A stretch of 64,000 nt of DNA, from sequence record NC_106514.1. The stretch is one strand, 5' to 3'. The translations under genes were made by a program, and so were the position numbers. Positions 8,636 through 18,753 of the stretch are shown here, in pieces; position 1 is the first letter of the stretch, and the number at the start of each line of letters is the position of its first letter. The notes below the pieces were generated by a model, which saw only the letters and a program-made list of their open reading frames with translations, was not told the origin of the DNA and did no database searches. Source of the stretch: Escherichia phage vB_EcoS_ESCO40.

Positions 8636-9599
8636 TGTAAAAGGCTTTATTAGGCGTTGTCAAGAAGCATATTATCAAGGCATGTCTTTAATCTCTGATG
8701 AGGAGTATGATTGCCTGGTAAAACGCTTCCCGTTAGAAGAAGAGATCGGGCCTAAAGGTGATATTCCACATCTGTATCGTATGTATTCTTTACAGAAAGT
8801 TTATTATAATCGTGGAGATAAACCCCCATTTAACCCCTTAGGTCAGGTAGAAACTGATAAGTTAGATGGTTGTGCAATTTCTCTGTTATATATTAACGGC
8901 GAATTTGTCCAAGCATTAACCCGTGGTAATGGTATTCTAGGGAATGATGTCACAAGCAACGTAAGATTGCTGAACATTCCTAAAAAGATTTCCCAAAAAG
9001 TACCTACTCAAATCACTGGTGAAGTTCTAATTACAAAAGAAGTAGAAAATAAACGTAACTTTGCCTCTGGTGCTATTAACCTCAAAGATAGTGATGATTT
9101 CGTACAACGCATTGGAGAAGGCGGTTTAATCTTTGTTGCTTACGGTATCCAATGTTCTGCTGAATCTGTAGGTATTACAGAAGCATACTTAAAAGATATG
9201 CTTTGGCTAGAGAATGAGAACTTCTTAACAGTTGTTAATGTGCGTTCCTTCTTTAAATGGATTCCGACGGACGGTAAAGTTGTTCGTATTAATGACAACA
9301 ACAAATTCTTCCGTGAAGGCTGGACTAATAAATTCCCTCGTGGAGCATTCGCTATTAAAGAGGATGAAGAAGGCGAAATTACAACTCTTACTAAAGTTGA
9401 ATGGCAGGTAGGGGCTTCTGGTAAAGTAACTCCAGTTGGTTATTTCGAACCGGTAATTATTGATGATGCTACAATTGTTAAGGCGACTCTTAATAACGTT
9501 GATTATATTAACTCTCTCGATCTAGAGATCGGTTGCCAGATTCGAGTGATTCGTGCTGGTGGTGTAATCCCGTGCATAGTAGAGCGAGTATACGATTAA
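8625..9599 (+). CDS. NAD-dependent DNA ligase, N-terminal fragment (Ia-like, adenylation and OB regions)
   Basis: KLDG adenylation motif (KxDG); SDEEYD Ia-like segment; ends where a Zn-finger would follow in an intact LigA. Confidence 0.8.
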   Translation: MMNNVKGFIRRCQEAYYQGMSLISDEEYDCLVKRFPLEEEIGPKGDIPHLYRMYSLQKVYYNRGDKPPFNPLGQVETDKLDGCAISLLYINGEFVQALTRGNGILGNDVTSNVRLLNIPKKISQKVPTQITGEVLITKEVENKRNFASGAINLKDSDDFVQRIGEGGLIFVAYGIQCSAESVGITEAYLKDMLWLENENFLTVVNVRSFFKWIPTDGKVVRINDNNKFFREGWTNKFPRGAFAIKEDEEGEITTLTKVEWQVGASGKVTPVGYFEPVIIDDATIVKATLNNVDYINSLDLEIGCQIRVIRAGGVIPCIVERVYD

Positions 9600-9649
9600 T
9601 ACATAACCCTTTGCTACCCATCTACCATATCGGAATTATAAAGTGGTTA

Positions 9650-9678
9650 TTGACATTTTCGCCGCTTAGGTATATACT
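9650..9678 (+). promoter_or_regulatory. sigma70 consensus-like promoter in the ligase gap
   Basis: TTGACA-17 bp-TATACT. Confidence 0.6.
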
Positions 9679-9742
9679 ATTATCATTCAGTTGAGGGATA
9701 GAAAGTTATGGCGAGGGTAAGCAAAGTTAGTTAAAATTGTAG

Positions 9743-9771
9743 TTGCTAAATGCTTAAATACTTGCTATAAT
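9743..9771 (+). promoter_or_regulatory. T5-type early promoter (P5)
   Basis: TTGCTA-17 bp-TATAAT then ATTTATATAAATTGATAAGGAAG. Confidence 0.75.
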
Positions 9772-9801
9772 ATTTATATAAATTGATAAGGAAGAAATTT
9801 G

Positions 9802-10581
9802 ATGAAAATCGAAATTCCAACACAATGTCCCTCTTGTGGTTCTAAGCTAGATCTTGTCAACGGACAATTATTCTGTCGTAATAAGTCCAACTGTCCAGCG
9901 CAATCAAGTAAGTTAATTGAGAACTTCTGTACAAAAATGAAGTTAAAGGGCTTTGGCCCGAAAACTATTGAGAAGCTGGAGCTGACGAAGATTTCAGAAC
10001 TATTTTACCTAACCGAAGAAGATTTGGTTAGAGCCGTGGGTAGCAAGGTTGCCGCTAAGTTAATTAGCGAATTAAATACTAAAGTTCGCGGAGACATTGA
10101 CTTTGGTTCAGTTCTCGGTTCTTTAGGAATCCCTCTAATTGGAGAGGTTGCAGCAAAGAAATTGTCCCAAAATTGCACCAGTTTTCAAGATGTGAGAGCT
10201 GATGGCAAAGCTGGAGAAAATTATAAAGCCTGGCTAAATTCCCCACAAGGCAAGGATGTTATCGAATTACCGTGGAAATTCACAACTGGTATTAAAGGTG
10301 CTAAAGCTGGGGTCATCATTACTGATGGTCTAGTAGCCCAGCCAAATGGAATCACGGTGTGTATTACCGGGTCTTTGCAAGATTTTGCAAATAGAACGGA
10401 TGCAACAAATTATTTAGAAGGTCTAGGGTATACTGTTAAAAAATCAGTTACCAAAGACGTTAAATACCTAATCTGTGAGGATGAATCGAAGCGTTCTTCC
10501 TCATCTTATAAGAAAGCCGAAACGAATGGGATAGAAATCCTGTCGATTAAAGAACTATTGGAGAAAAATAATAATGTCTAA
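9802..10581 (+). CDS. NAD-dependent DNA ligase, C-terminal fragment (Zn finger, HhH, BRCT-like)
   Basis: CPSCGS...CRNKSNC zinc finger at N-terminus; ITGSL BRCT-like segment; TAAGGAAG RBS 8 nt upstream. Confidence 0.75.
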   Translation: MKIEIPTQCPSCGSKLDLVNGQLFCRNKSNCPAQSSKLIENFCTKMKLKGFGPKTIEKLELTKISELFYLTEEDLVRAVGSKVAAKLISELNTKVRGDIDFGSVLGSLGIPLIGEVAAKKLSQNCTSFQDVRADGKAGENYKAWLNSPQGKDVIELPWKFTTGIKGAKAGVIITDGLVAQPNGITVCITGSLQDFANRTDATNYLEGLGYTVKKSVTKDVKYLICEDESKRSSSSYKKAETNGIEILSIKELLEKNNNV

Positions 10582-11341
10582 ACTGAACTGGAACGTAGAA
10601 GGTGTAACCGAGTCTCTGAAAGCAAAAGCCACTGCTCTGGGTGTTGATGTAATCTCTCAAGAACAAGTAGCTACTATCGCTGCTGAACTGGCCGCTGAAA
10701 CTGGCAAAGACGTTACCGCTCGCTCTGTTGGCTCTAAGCTGCGTAAAGAAGGTTTCGAAGTACAGAAAGCTAACGAAGTACAGAAATCTCCGTGGACTCC
10801 TGAGCAGGAAGCTGAACTGGTTGATTTCCTGAACGCTCATGCTGGTCAGTATACTTATGCTGAAATCGCTGCTGCTGTAGCTGGTGGTCAATTTGGTGCT
10901 AAGCAGGTACAGGGTAAGATCCTGAGTCTGGAAATGACCGCTTCTGTTAAACCAACTGAAAAAGCTGCTGCTGTTCGTTCCTTCACTCCGGATGAAGAAA
11001 CTGACTTTGTTAATCAGGTTGTTGCTGGTGCTACTATTGAAGCTATCGCTGCTCACTTCGGTCGTAATATCAAGCAGATCCGTGGTAAAGCTCTGAGTCT
11101 GCTGCGTGAAGGTCGTATCGCTGCTATGCCGGTACAGGAAACTTCAAGTGCTAAAACCCGTGAAGATCTGTTAGAAGGTCTGGATCTGGCTAATATGACC
11201 GTTGCTGAGATCGCTGAGAAAACTGGTAAGTCTGAGCGCGGTGTTAAATCTATGCTGTCTCGTCGTGGTCTGGTTGCTAAGGACTATGATGGTGCCGCTA
11301 AGCGTGCTAAACTGGATGCAAAAGCTGCGGCTGCTGAATAA
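10574..11341 (+). CDS. hypothetical abundant protein with internal repeats
   Basis: Three to four internal copies of a TxxE(I/V)AxxxG...SL-R-G module; host-preferred codon usage. Confidence 0.55.
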   Translation: MSKLNWNVEGVTESLKAKATALGVDVISQEQVATIAAELAAETGKDVTARSVGSKLRKEGFEVQKANEVQKSPWTPEQEAELVDFLNAHAGQYTYAEIAAAVAGGQFGAKQVQGKILSLEMTASVKPTEKAAAVRSFTPDEETDFVNQVVAGATIEAIAAHFGRNIKQIRGKALSLLREGRIAAMPVQETSSAKTREDLLEGLDLANMTVAEIAEKTGKSERGVKSMLSRRGLVAKDYDGAAKRAKLDAKAAAAE

Positions 11342-11358
11342 TCTGGTAAATTAAACCT

Positions 11359-11390
11359 AAGGGGAGGGGGCTATGCTCCTTCCCCTTTTT
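11359..11390 (+). terminator. putative intrinsic terminator
   Basis: AAGGGGAGG...CCTTCCCC imperfect hairpin followed by TTTTT. Confidence 0.55.
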
Positions 11391-11423
11391 GCATTTAGAA
11401 GGCACGAAAGCGTGCAAAGGAGA

Positions 11424-12896
11424 ATGACCTTGTTTAACGTGCAAGCTGTAGTGTTGAAGATGCTTCTAGCTTCAGAACAGAAGCAAATAGCATTGGAAAC
11501 ATTCTCAAAACTGCATAAAGATCATTTTAATGACGCTTTCTCCTCAATTTACCAAGCCGTCCAGAATTATTATAAAAAATATAACACAATGCCGTCCATT
11601 GACGCACTGATGCTTGAGGCTAATAGGAACGCCCGCCTTTCTCAAGCTCTAGTCGTTTTAGCTAACACTCAAATTCCAGAAGTTAGCATGGAACAGGCAC
11701 TTGAAGTCTTAGAGGCCGAGTATACACAGGATTTATTCCTGAAGCTTCTAGAAACAGACGTGCTTCAAGATTTAACAATGCTGGATCAGGGAGAAATTCT
11801 TAACCGAGTTGCCTCCCTTCACTTAAAATTAGAAGAGAAAGTAACGAATACTGGAAAAGTATTCAACGCAGATAACATGCGTATTTTCCAGAGAGAAGAA
11901 GATACCAAACTGAACTTAATCGCTCTTGGTATTTGTAATGAGTTCGATGCTCAAATTGGTTTAGCTCGCACAGAAACGTTACTGCTTGGTGGTTGGCGTG
12001 GTACTGGTAAATCCATTATCTGTTCAAACATACAGGTTCAGCAATATTTGAATGGAGATATTGCTCCATACTTCTCAATTGAGATGAAAGAACATGAAGT
12101 ATTTAGACGTAATCTAGCCATGTTAGCTGGTGTATCAGCACTAGCAATGCGTAATAATACTCTAGAAGGTGCAGCTCTGTTGAGATTAGCCAGAACTAGA
12201 GCTAGGATGTTTAATGGTGGTGAGGAGCTTTTCGATAACTTCGTTAAACAGTACACAATGGCTAAGATGAGTGATTTCTACGATATGGAAAGTAAGCTAA
12301 TAGAAGGATATGAGCTACATACTCCTATGATTATTGTTTATGATCCTGAGCTGTCTATTACAACAGTTGACGTAGAATTAAATAAATTAGTTGCTAGATA
12401 TGGGGATAAAGTTACAGTAGCTTTACTGGACTATATTAACCAAACCCGACTTCCAGACTCTAAAACCATTGATATGTATGACTGGAAAGAACAGATGGTT
12501 GTTAGCTCGTCTTTCAAATCTATCTGCCAGAAACATAACGTGGCTGGTGTAGCCCCTTACCAGATTGATCAAGATGGTAGAACACGTATGTCAAAGGGGA
12601 TTCTTGATTCCGCAGACATGGCTGCTAATCTTAATGCTGCTAAAGCTGATAATGGTCAAGGTGCTATTATGTTTGACTTCGTTAAGACCCGTTCTTCTGA
12701 TAGCGTGAAGTTTATGCCTAAAATGAACTGGGAAACCCTGCGAATGGATAACACTACCAACCTAGCAATGGAAGATATATCTCAAATGGAAGCTGAGTTC
12801 GTTATCCCTATTGAGAAGGATAAGCCAGCTCAATCTAAACGTGCTAAGAAAGACAAAGCTGAAAATTCAACAGGTGAACAGGCCAGCGATATATGA
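11424..12896 (+). CDS. DnaB-like replicative helicase
   Basis: Walker A GWRGTGKS and FSIEMKEHEVFRRNLAMLAGVS similar to DnaB motif H1a; start ambiguous (11373, 11424 or 11460). Confidence 0.7.
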   Translation: MTLFNVQAVVLKMLLASEQKQIALETFSKLHKDHFNDAFSSIYQAVQNYYKKYNTMPSIDALMLEANRNARLSQALVVLANTQIPEVSMEQALEVLEAEYTQDLFLKLLETDVLQDLTMLDQGEILNRVASLHLKLEEKVTNTGKVFNADNMRIFQREEDTKLNLIALGICNEFDAQIGLARTETLLLGGWRGTGKSIICSNIQVQQYLNGDIAPYFSIEMKEHEVFRRNLAMLAGVSALAMRNNTLEGAALLRLARTRARMFNGGEELFDNFVKQYTMAKMSDFYDMESKLIEGYELHTPMIIVYDPELSITTVDVELNKLVARYGDKVTVALLDYINQTRLPDSKTIDMYDWKEQMVVSSSFKSICQKHNVAGVAPYQIDQDGRTRMSKGILDSADMAANLNAAKADNGQGAIMFDFVKTRSSDSVKFMPKMNWETLRMDNTTNLAMEDISQMEAEFVIPIEKDKPAQSKRAKKDKAENSTGEQASDI

Positions 12897-13783
12897 GTAG
12901 AATAACAGAACTACTTGATCTGAAAGGCATTGAATATAAAGACACAGGTGGGGACATCCTCATCTGTTGTCTCAATCCAGATCATGACGATAAACACCCA
13001 AGTTTGCGTATTGACCCTGAAACAGGTATTATGCACTGCTTGAGTTGTGGCTTCGGTAAAGGTATACCGAGCATTTACCATTATTTTAATGAGACTCAGT
13101 ACCGACAGTCCCCAAGGCTATCGCAAGTACGTAAAAAGATTTCAGAGATTAGGAATGGATCAACGAATCTTGCAATTCCTGAATCTGCTTACCTTTTCGA
13201 AGGTGATTTCCGGGGTATAAGTTCTAAGACCTTGAAGAAATATTTTGCTTTCCAACACCAAGAGAGCTGGGAAGGCAGAATTGTATTCCCAATCACAGAT
13301 GCTGTTGGACGCAATATCCTATTTTTGGGTCGTTCTATAAACAGTTCTGCCCCTCCTAAATACTTAGTAAAACCAAAACAAGTTTCACCGCCAATTTTTC
13401 CTGTACGATATAATACTCCAGTTCTTATTCTAGTTGAAGGCATCTTTGATATGCTGAACCTAGAGGATAATGGTATAGACTATGCTTCTTGCTGCTTTGG
13501 TACACATCAGTTTACTTCGGATAACATTGCAGATAAGTTCAGTCCTTATATTATTGCTGGGGTAAAAGTTGTTGTTATCTTACTAGATAATGATGCTTCC
13601 GGTAATAAAGCTGCACAAGCACTGGCCAAGCTAATTCGTACAAAAACGCGTTTAACACCTGTAGTTGCTAACTTTCTTCTGCCCGAAGGTAAAGACCCCG
13701 GTGATTTAAATAAAGAAGAGATTGATATGTTAGCAAAACGTATTGAAATTTTAGTTGCTGAATCACTTAAAGATTTGGTATAA
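12893..13783 (+). CDS. DnaG-like DNA primase
   Basis: CHC2-type zinc finger (CCLNPDHDDKHPSL...CLSCGFG); TOPRIM-like LVEGIFD and LLDNDASGNKAA. Confidence 0.8.
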   Translation: MSRITELLDLKGIEYKDTGGDILICCLNPDHDDKHPSLRIDPETGIMHCLSCGFGKGIPSIYHYFNETQYRQSPRLSQVRKKISEIRNGSTNLAIPESAYLFEGDFRGISSKTLKKYFAFQHQESWEGRIVFPITDAVGRNILFLGRSINSSAPPKYLVKPKQVSPPIFPVRYNTPVLILVEGIFDMLNLEDNGIDYASCCFGTHQFTSDNIADKFSPYIIAGVKVVVILLDNDASGNKAAQALAKLIRTKTRLTPVVANFLLPEGKDPGDLNKEEIDMLAKRIEILVAESLKDLV

Positions 13784-13809
13784 TAGTCCTAAATAACTGA
13801 GGAGCTACT

Positions 13810-14139
13810 ATGGAATATGTATATATTTATGAAGATGTTCCAGTATACGATAGTATAACACACGAAGAAGTTAAACTAGAGCTATTTACAGTACTAGAGT
13901 CCCTTAATAAACGAAAGGATTTCCATTTATTTGGTGATCCTAAATTACCTGCATCTTATATTTTCTTTAAAGTAAAAGATACAGGTCAAGAGGTGTATCT
14001 AACTTATGATTGGGCTGTTGTAGAAAATACTGAGCAATCTATGAAAGTGTTAGGTGCTTTTCTGCGTATAGATGAAGAATTTCGGTCACTAGAAAAGCAG
14101 CGCAATGAAATGCGTAAATTACTACATACCTATAAATAG
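13810..14139 (+). CDS. hypothetical protein (109 aa)
   Basis: GAGGAG-type RBS; no motif recognised. Confidence 0.45.
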   Translation: MEYVYIYEDVPVYDSITHEEVKLELFTVLESLNKRKDFHLFGDPKLPASYIFFKVKDTGQEVYLTYDWAVVENTEQSMKVLGAFLRIDEEFRSLEKQRNEMRKLLHTYK

Positions 14140-14142
14140 TAT

Positions 14143-14172
14143 TTGCTATTATCCCAATATTTTTGATACAAT
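14143..14172 (+). promoter_or_regulatory. T5-type early promoter (P6)
   Basis: TTGCTA-18 bp-TACAAT; downstream leader contains the inverted repeat GGTAAGT...ACTTACC. Confidence 0.6.
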
Positions 14173-14233
14173 ATATTGGTAAGTTAGAGAAGAAACACTG
14201 AAGTTATACTTACTTACCAAGAGGAGATTAAAT

Positions 14234-16801
14234 TTGAAAATCGCAGTAGTTGATAAAGCTCTAAATAACACTCGTTATGATAAACATTTCCAGCTATACG
14301 GCGAGGAAGTTGATGTATTCCATATGTGTAACGAGAAGTTGTCCGGTCGTTTGCTCAAAAAGCATATTACTATCGGGACTCCGGAAAACCCATTTGACCC
14401 GAATGATTATGATTTTGTTATACTGGTAGGTGCCGAACCTTTCCTATACTTTGCAGGTAAGAAAGGTATTGGTGATTATACTGGTAAACGTGTAGAGTAT
14501 AATGGATATGCTAACTGGATTGCGAGTATCAGCCCAGCCCAGTTACACTTTAAACCTGAAATGAAACCAGTTTTTGGTGCAACAGTAGAGAATATCCACG
14601 ATATTATCAATGGTCGTGAGAAGATTGCAAAAGCTGGTGATTACCGTCCTATTACTGACCCGGATGAGGCAGAAGAATATATCAAGATGGTGTATAATAT
14701 GGTTATCGGACCTGTCGCATTCGACTCCGAAACCTCAGCACTATACTGTCGAGATGGTTATCTGCTTGGTGTTTCTATGTCTCACCAAGAGTATCAGGGT
14801 GTATATATCGATTCTGATTGTCTCACAGAAGTTGCAGTATATTACCTCCAGAAAATTCTAGATAGTGAAAACCACACTATTGTTTTTCACAACTTGAAGT
14901 TTGATATGCACTTTTATAAGTACCATCTGGGACTTACTTTTGATAAAGCACATAAAGAACGCAGGCTCCATGATACCATGTTGCAGCACTATGTTCTAGA
15001 TGAACGTCGGGGTACTCATGGCTTGAAATCTCTAGCAATGAAGTATACCGATATGGGTGACTATGACTTCGAACTAGATAAGTTCAAAGATGATTACTGC
15101 AAAGCACATAAAATCAAGAAAGAAGATTTCACCTATGATTTAATTCCGTTTGATATTATGTGGCCTTACGCTGCGAAAGATACAGATGCTACCCTACGTT
15201 TACACAACTTCTTCTTACCGAAAATTGAGAAGAATGAAAAACTTTGCAGTCTGTACTATGATGTTTTGATGCCTGGTTGCGTATTCTTGCAACGTGTTGA
15301 GGATCGTGGAGTACCTATCTCTATTGATCGTTTGAAAGAAGCTCAGTATCAATTGACTCATAATTTGAATAAAGCCCGTGAGAAACTGTACACTTATCCA
15401 GAAGTTAAACAGCTAGAACAAGATCAGAATGAAGCATTTAACCCGAACTCTGTTAAGCAACTTCGTGTTCTTCTGTTCGATTATGTTGGTTTGACTCCAA
15501 CTGGTAAGTTAACAGATACTGGTGCAGATTCTACAAACGCAGAAGCTCTGAATGAGTTGGCAACCCAGCATCCGATTGCTAAAACTCTTCTAGAGATTCG
15601 TAAGCTGACTAAGCTGATCTCTACTTATGTTGAGAAGATTCTACTGAGTATTGATGCAGATGGTTGCATTCGTACTGGTTTCCATGAACATATGACTACT
15701 TCTGGTCGTCTGAGTTCTTCTGGTAAACTGAACCTGCAACAGTTACCTCGTGATGAATCTATCATTAAGGGTTGTGTAGTTGCACCACCTGGATACCGTG
15801 TAATCGCATGGGACTTAACAACTGCGGAAGTTTATTATGCTGCTGTTCTATCTGGTGATAGAAATATGCAACAAGTATTTATCAACATGAGAAATGAACC
15901 TGATAAATACCCTGACTTCCACTCTAACATCGCCCACATGGTATTTAAATTGCAATGTGAACCTCGTGATGTTAAGAAGTTGTTCCCAGCTCTACGTCAG
16001 GCAGCTAAGGCAATTACCTTTGGTATTTTGTATGGTTCTGGCCCGGCTAAAGTAGCACATTCTGTTAATGAAGCATTGCTAGAACAAGCAGCCAAAACTG
16101 GTGAACCGTTTGTTGAATGTACTGTTGCAGATGCTAAAGAGTATATTGAGACTTACTTTAGTCAATTCCCACAGCTTAAGCGTTGGATTGATAAGTGCCA
16201 CGATCAGATCAAGAATCATGGATTTATCTATAGTCACTTTGGTCGTAAACGTCGTCTACATAATATCCACTCCGAAGACCGTGGCGTTCAGGGTGAAGAA
16301 ATTCGTTCTGGATTTAACGCAATCATTCAGTCTGCTTCTTCTGATAGTCTCCTTTTAGGTGCTGTAGATGCAGATAATGAGATCATTTCTCTTGGCTTAG
16401 AACAAGAGATGAAGATTGTTATGCTGGTTCATGACTCCGTAGTTGCTATTGTTCGTGAGGATTTGATCGACCAATACAATGAACTTCTGATTCGTAATAT
16501 TCAGAAAGACCGTGGTATCAGTATTCCTGGTTGTCCTATTGGTATTGATTCAGATTCTGAAGCTGGAGGTTCTCGTGACTATTCTTGTGGTAAGATGAAG
16601 AAACAGCACCCATCAATCGCTTGTATTGATGATGATGAGTATACTCGTTATGTCAAGGGTGTATTACTTGATGCAGATTTCGAGTATAAGAAATTAGCTG
16701 CAATGGATAAAGAGCATCCAGACCACAGCAAGTACAAGGATGATAAGTTTATTGCTGTATGTAAAGATCTGGATAACGTGAAAAGGATTCTCGGTGCTTA
16801 A
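14234..16801 (+). CDS. DNA polymerase, family A, with 3'-5' exonuclease domain
   Basis: DSETSALY (Exo I), FHNLKFDMHF (Exo II), RQAAKAITFGILYGSG (motif B), LVHDSVV (motif C); 855 aa; TTG start 8 nt after AGAGGAG. Confidence 0.9.
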   Translation: MKIAVVDKALNNTRYDKHFQLYGEEVDVFHMCNEKLSGRLLKKHITIGTPENPFDPNDYDFVILVGAEPFLYFAGKKGIGDYTGKRVEYNGYANWIASISPAQLHFKPEMKPVFGATVENIHDIINGREKIAKAGDYRPITDPDEAEEYIKMVYNMVIGPVAFDSETSALYCRDGYLLGVSMSHQEYQGVYIDSDCLTEVAVYYLQKILDSENHTIVFHNLKFDMHFYKYHLGLTFDKAHKERRLHDTMLQHYVLDERRGTHGLKSLAMKYTDMGDYDFELDKFKDDYCKAHKIKKEDFTYDLIPFDIMWPYAAKDTDATLRLHNFFLPKIEKNEKLCSLYYDVLMPGCVFLQRVEDRGVPISIDRLKEAQYQLTHNLNKAREKLYTYPEVKQLEQDQNEAFNPNSVKQLRVLLFDYVGLTPTGKLTDTGADSTNAEALNELATQHPIAKTLLEIRKLTKLISTYVEKILLSIDADGCIRTGFHEHMTTSGRLSSSGKLNLQQLPRDESIIKGCVVAPPGYRVIAWDLTTAEVYYAAVLSGDRNMQQVFINMRNEPDKYPDFHSNIAHMVFKLQCEPRDVKKLFPALRQAAKAITFGILYGSGPAKVAHSVNEALLEQAAKTGEPFVECTVADAKEYIETYFSQFPQLKRWIDKCHDQIKNHGFIYSHFGRKRRLHNIHSEDRGVQGEEIRSGFNAIIQSASSDSLLLGAVDADNEIISLGLEQEMKIVMLVHDSVVAIVREDLIDQYNELLIRNIQKDRGISIPGCPIGIDSDSEAGGSRDYSCGKMKKQHPSIACIDDDEYTRYVKGVLLDADFEYKKLAAMDKEHPDHSKYKDDKFIAVCKDLDNVKRILGA

Positions 16802-17291
16802 TTTCAAATTGCCCGTCTATGCGTTACGGGCGTTTGTATCAATTGAGCAAGAAGGTGATTATTCCGTAATTACAACAAGATATAATAAATATGTGCTAGA
16901 TAACAGGAAGTTGCCTGGCACGTTTTCTCAACGTAGGCTTATTCTATTTGAGAAACGGAAAGAATTACCATACAAGCTTTATCCTATTAGGGGTAGAATA
17001 TCAATGTTGTCTCAATTAGTTGGGTCAAAGCGTGACCAATTTATAGATTCTGATGGAAATCTTATTAATTGGAAGAAAACTACGTTCTATGATGTTGTCA
17101 CCTCTAAAGTTTTGCATTCAGCTAGAATTTATAATGGAAAATACCAATGCTATGTGGCTAAAGTCCCTTATCCATTTGTACTATCCTATGTTCCAGCTTA
17201 TATAAGCTATATTCTGGTAAATAATAGCCCTGTTATTTATCAAGCCCATCAAGAGGAGCCTGAAATTCCTAGACTTAGAATAAAATTATGA
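16794..17291 (+). CDS. hypothetical protein (165 aa)
   Basis: ORF overlapping polymerase stop; no motif recognised. Confidence 0.45.
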   Translation: MLNFKLPVYALRAFVSIEQEGDYSVITTRYNKYVLDNRKLPGTFSQRRLILFEKRKELPYKLYPIRGRISMLSQLVGSKRDQFIDSDGNLINWKKTTFYDVVTSKVLHSARIYNGKYQCYVAKVPYPFVLSYVPAYISYILVNNSPVIYQAHQEEPEIPRLRIKL

Positions 17292-18640
17292 AGGTTGTTA
17301 TATCTAATAAAGCCTATTTCAAGCCCGATGATGAACTTTGGGATTATTGTAGTAAGCAAACCACTTATCACATAGAGACAATGACTAGTAAATACCCTAT
17401 TATGTATAAGAATAGTGGTGTTGTTGCCAAAGAGATTAAGTGGATTCCTATTACGCGTCTGGACTTACTAGATGCTAAAGGAGTAAAATACGAATTAGTC
17501 GATAAACGCACATTAGCTCCGGTAGATATACCAAAACCTAAGTTCAAACTGCGTGAAGAAGATCAGCTTCCAATATACGAAGAATGCGATGATACCTGTA
17601 TTATTAATGGTAAGCCTGGATTTGGTAAAACTATCCTAGCCCTTGCACTTGCGTATAAATTTGGCCAGAAAACTTTGGTAATCTGTACGAATACATCCAT
17701 TCGTGAAATGTGGGCGGCAGAAGTTCGTAAATGGTTTGGGTTTGAACCAGGCATCATAGGTTCTGGGAAATACAATATTGATCCACCAATTGTAGTTAGT
17801 AATATTCAAACAGTGAATAAACATGCGAATAATCTTTCTAAAGTATTCGGTACTGTTATAGTTGATGAAGTTCACCATTGTGTAGCTACAACTTTCACTA
17901 ACTTCCTAGAAATATCATGTGCTCGCTATAAAATTGGACTATCCGGTACACTAAAACGAAAAGATGGTTTGCAAGTTATGTTCAAAGATTTCTTTGGATA
18001 TAAAATCTTTAGTCCTCCAGTTAATAATACTGTTGCTCCTACAATCCACAGGTACTCCGTACCAGTTGAATTGTCTGGAAACCAAAACGTACCGTGGGCA
18101 TTACGTGCTAACGATGTGTATAATCATCCTGAATATCGAGAGACCATTATAAACCTAGCACATTTATATGTGAATATGGGACATAAAGTACTCATTGTAA
18201 GTGATAGAACAGAGTTAATCCAAACAGTACTAGAAGCACTATCTCAGAGAGGAGTCACAACCTATGAGATTATTGGCGCAACCCACTTAGATGACCGATT
18301 AAAAATTCAGGAAGATATAGCAAAAGGTGGGTCTTGTGTACTTGCAGCAGCTCAAAGTATCTTCTCTGAAGGTATTTCCCTTAACGAGCTGTCTTGTTTA
18401 ATAATGGGAAGCCTCATTAATAATGAATCTCTCATCGAACAGCTTGCAGGCCGTGTTCAACGTATTGTCGATGGTAAACTCGACCCTATTGTTGTAGATC
18501 TAATTATGAAAGGTGGCACTGGGTTAAGGCAGGCTTCTGGACGTATGGCAGTATATCGTAACAACGGGTGGAAAACTATTACTATGACTCCGGAGAAAGC
18601 AGTTCAATTAGCTAAAATTGCATTTGGCAACAGCTCATAA
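17288..18640 (+). CDS. SF2 DNA helicase (DEVH-box)
   Basis: Walker A GKPGFGKT, Walker B VIVDEVHH, C-terminal helicase motifs (QLAGRVQR). Confidence 0.75.
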   Translation: MKVVISNKAYFKPDDELWDYCSKQTTYHIETMTSKYPIMYKNSGVVAKEIKWIPITRLDLLDAKGVKYELVDKRTLAPVDIPKPKFKLREEDQLPIYEECDDTCIINGKPGFGKTILALALAYKFGQKTLVICTNTSIREMWAAEVRKWFGFEPGIIGSGKYNIDPPIVVSNIQTVNKHANNLSKVFGTVIVDEVHHCVATTFTNFLEISCARYKIGLSGTLKRKDGLQVMFKDFFGYKIFSPPVNNTVAPTIHRYSVPVELSGNQNVPWALRANDVYNHPEYRETIINLAHLYVNMGHKVLIVSDRTELIQTVLEALSQRGVTTYEIIGATHLDDRLKIQEDIAKGGSCVLAAAQSIFSEGISLNELSCLIMGSLINNESLIEQLAGRVQRIVDGKLDPIVVDLIMKGGTGLRQASGRMAVYRNNGWKTITMTPEKAVQLAKIAFGNSS

Positions 18641-18652
18641 ATGATGTATAAT
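18624..18652 (+). promoter_or_regulatory. T5-type early promoter (P7)
   Basis: TTGGCA-17 bp-TATAAT then ATATACATAAATTTGAGAGAGAAAG; overlaps the helicase gene end. Confidence 0.65.
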
Positions 18653-18723
18653 ATATACATAAATTTGAGAGAGAAAGTTTCGGATTGATAAGAAAGTCCG
18701 AAGCAGAAAAATAAAAATTTTAG

Positions 18724-18753
18724 TTGCTAAATTCTCTCGAAATCTAGTATAAT
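18724..18753 (+). promoter_or_regulatory. T5-type early promoter (P8)
   Basis: TTGCTA-18 bp-TATAAT then ATATACATAAATTCGAGGAGAAAAC. Confidence 0.7.

Noticed and set aside
9600-9801. Group I intron or intein splitting the DNA ligase
   Set aside because: The gap is only about 200 bp, contains two promoter elements and an RBS, and the second ORF has its own start codon; the protein break falls at a domain boundary, so two separate polypeptides is the simpler reading
10547-11056. 169-aa ORF on the minus strand inside the abundant early gene
   Set aside because: Lies entirely antisense to a gene with strong RBS and host-optimal codons; low-complexity Ser/Phe-rich product typical of shadow ORFs. 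The same applies to other antisense ORFs in the track (19120-19884, 22395-22973, 29359-29880, 41615-42007, 26661-26957)
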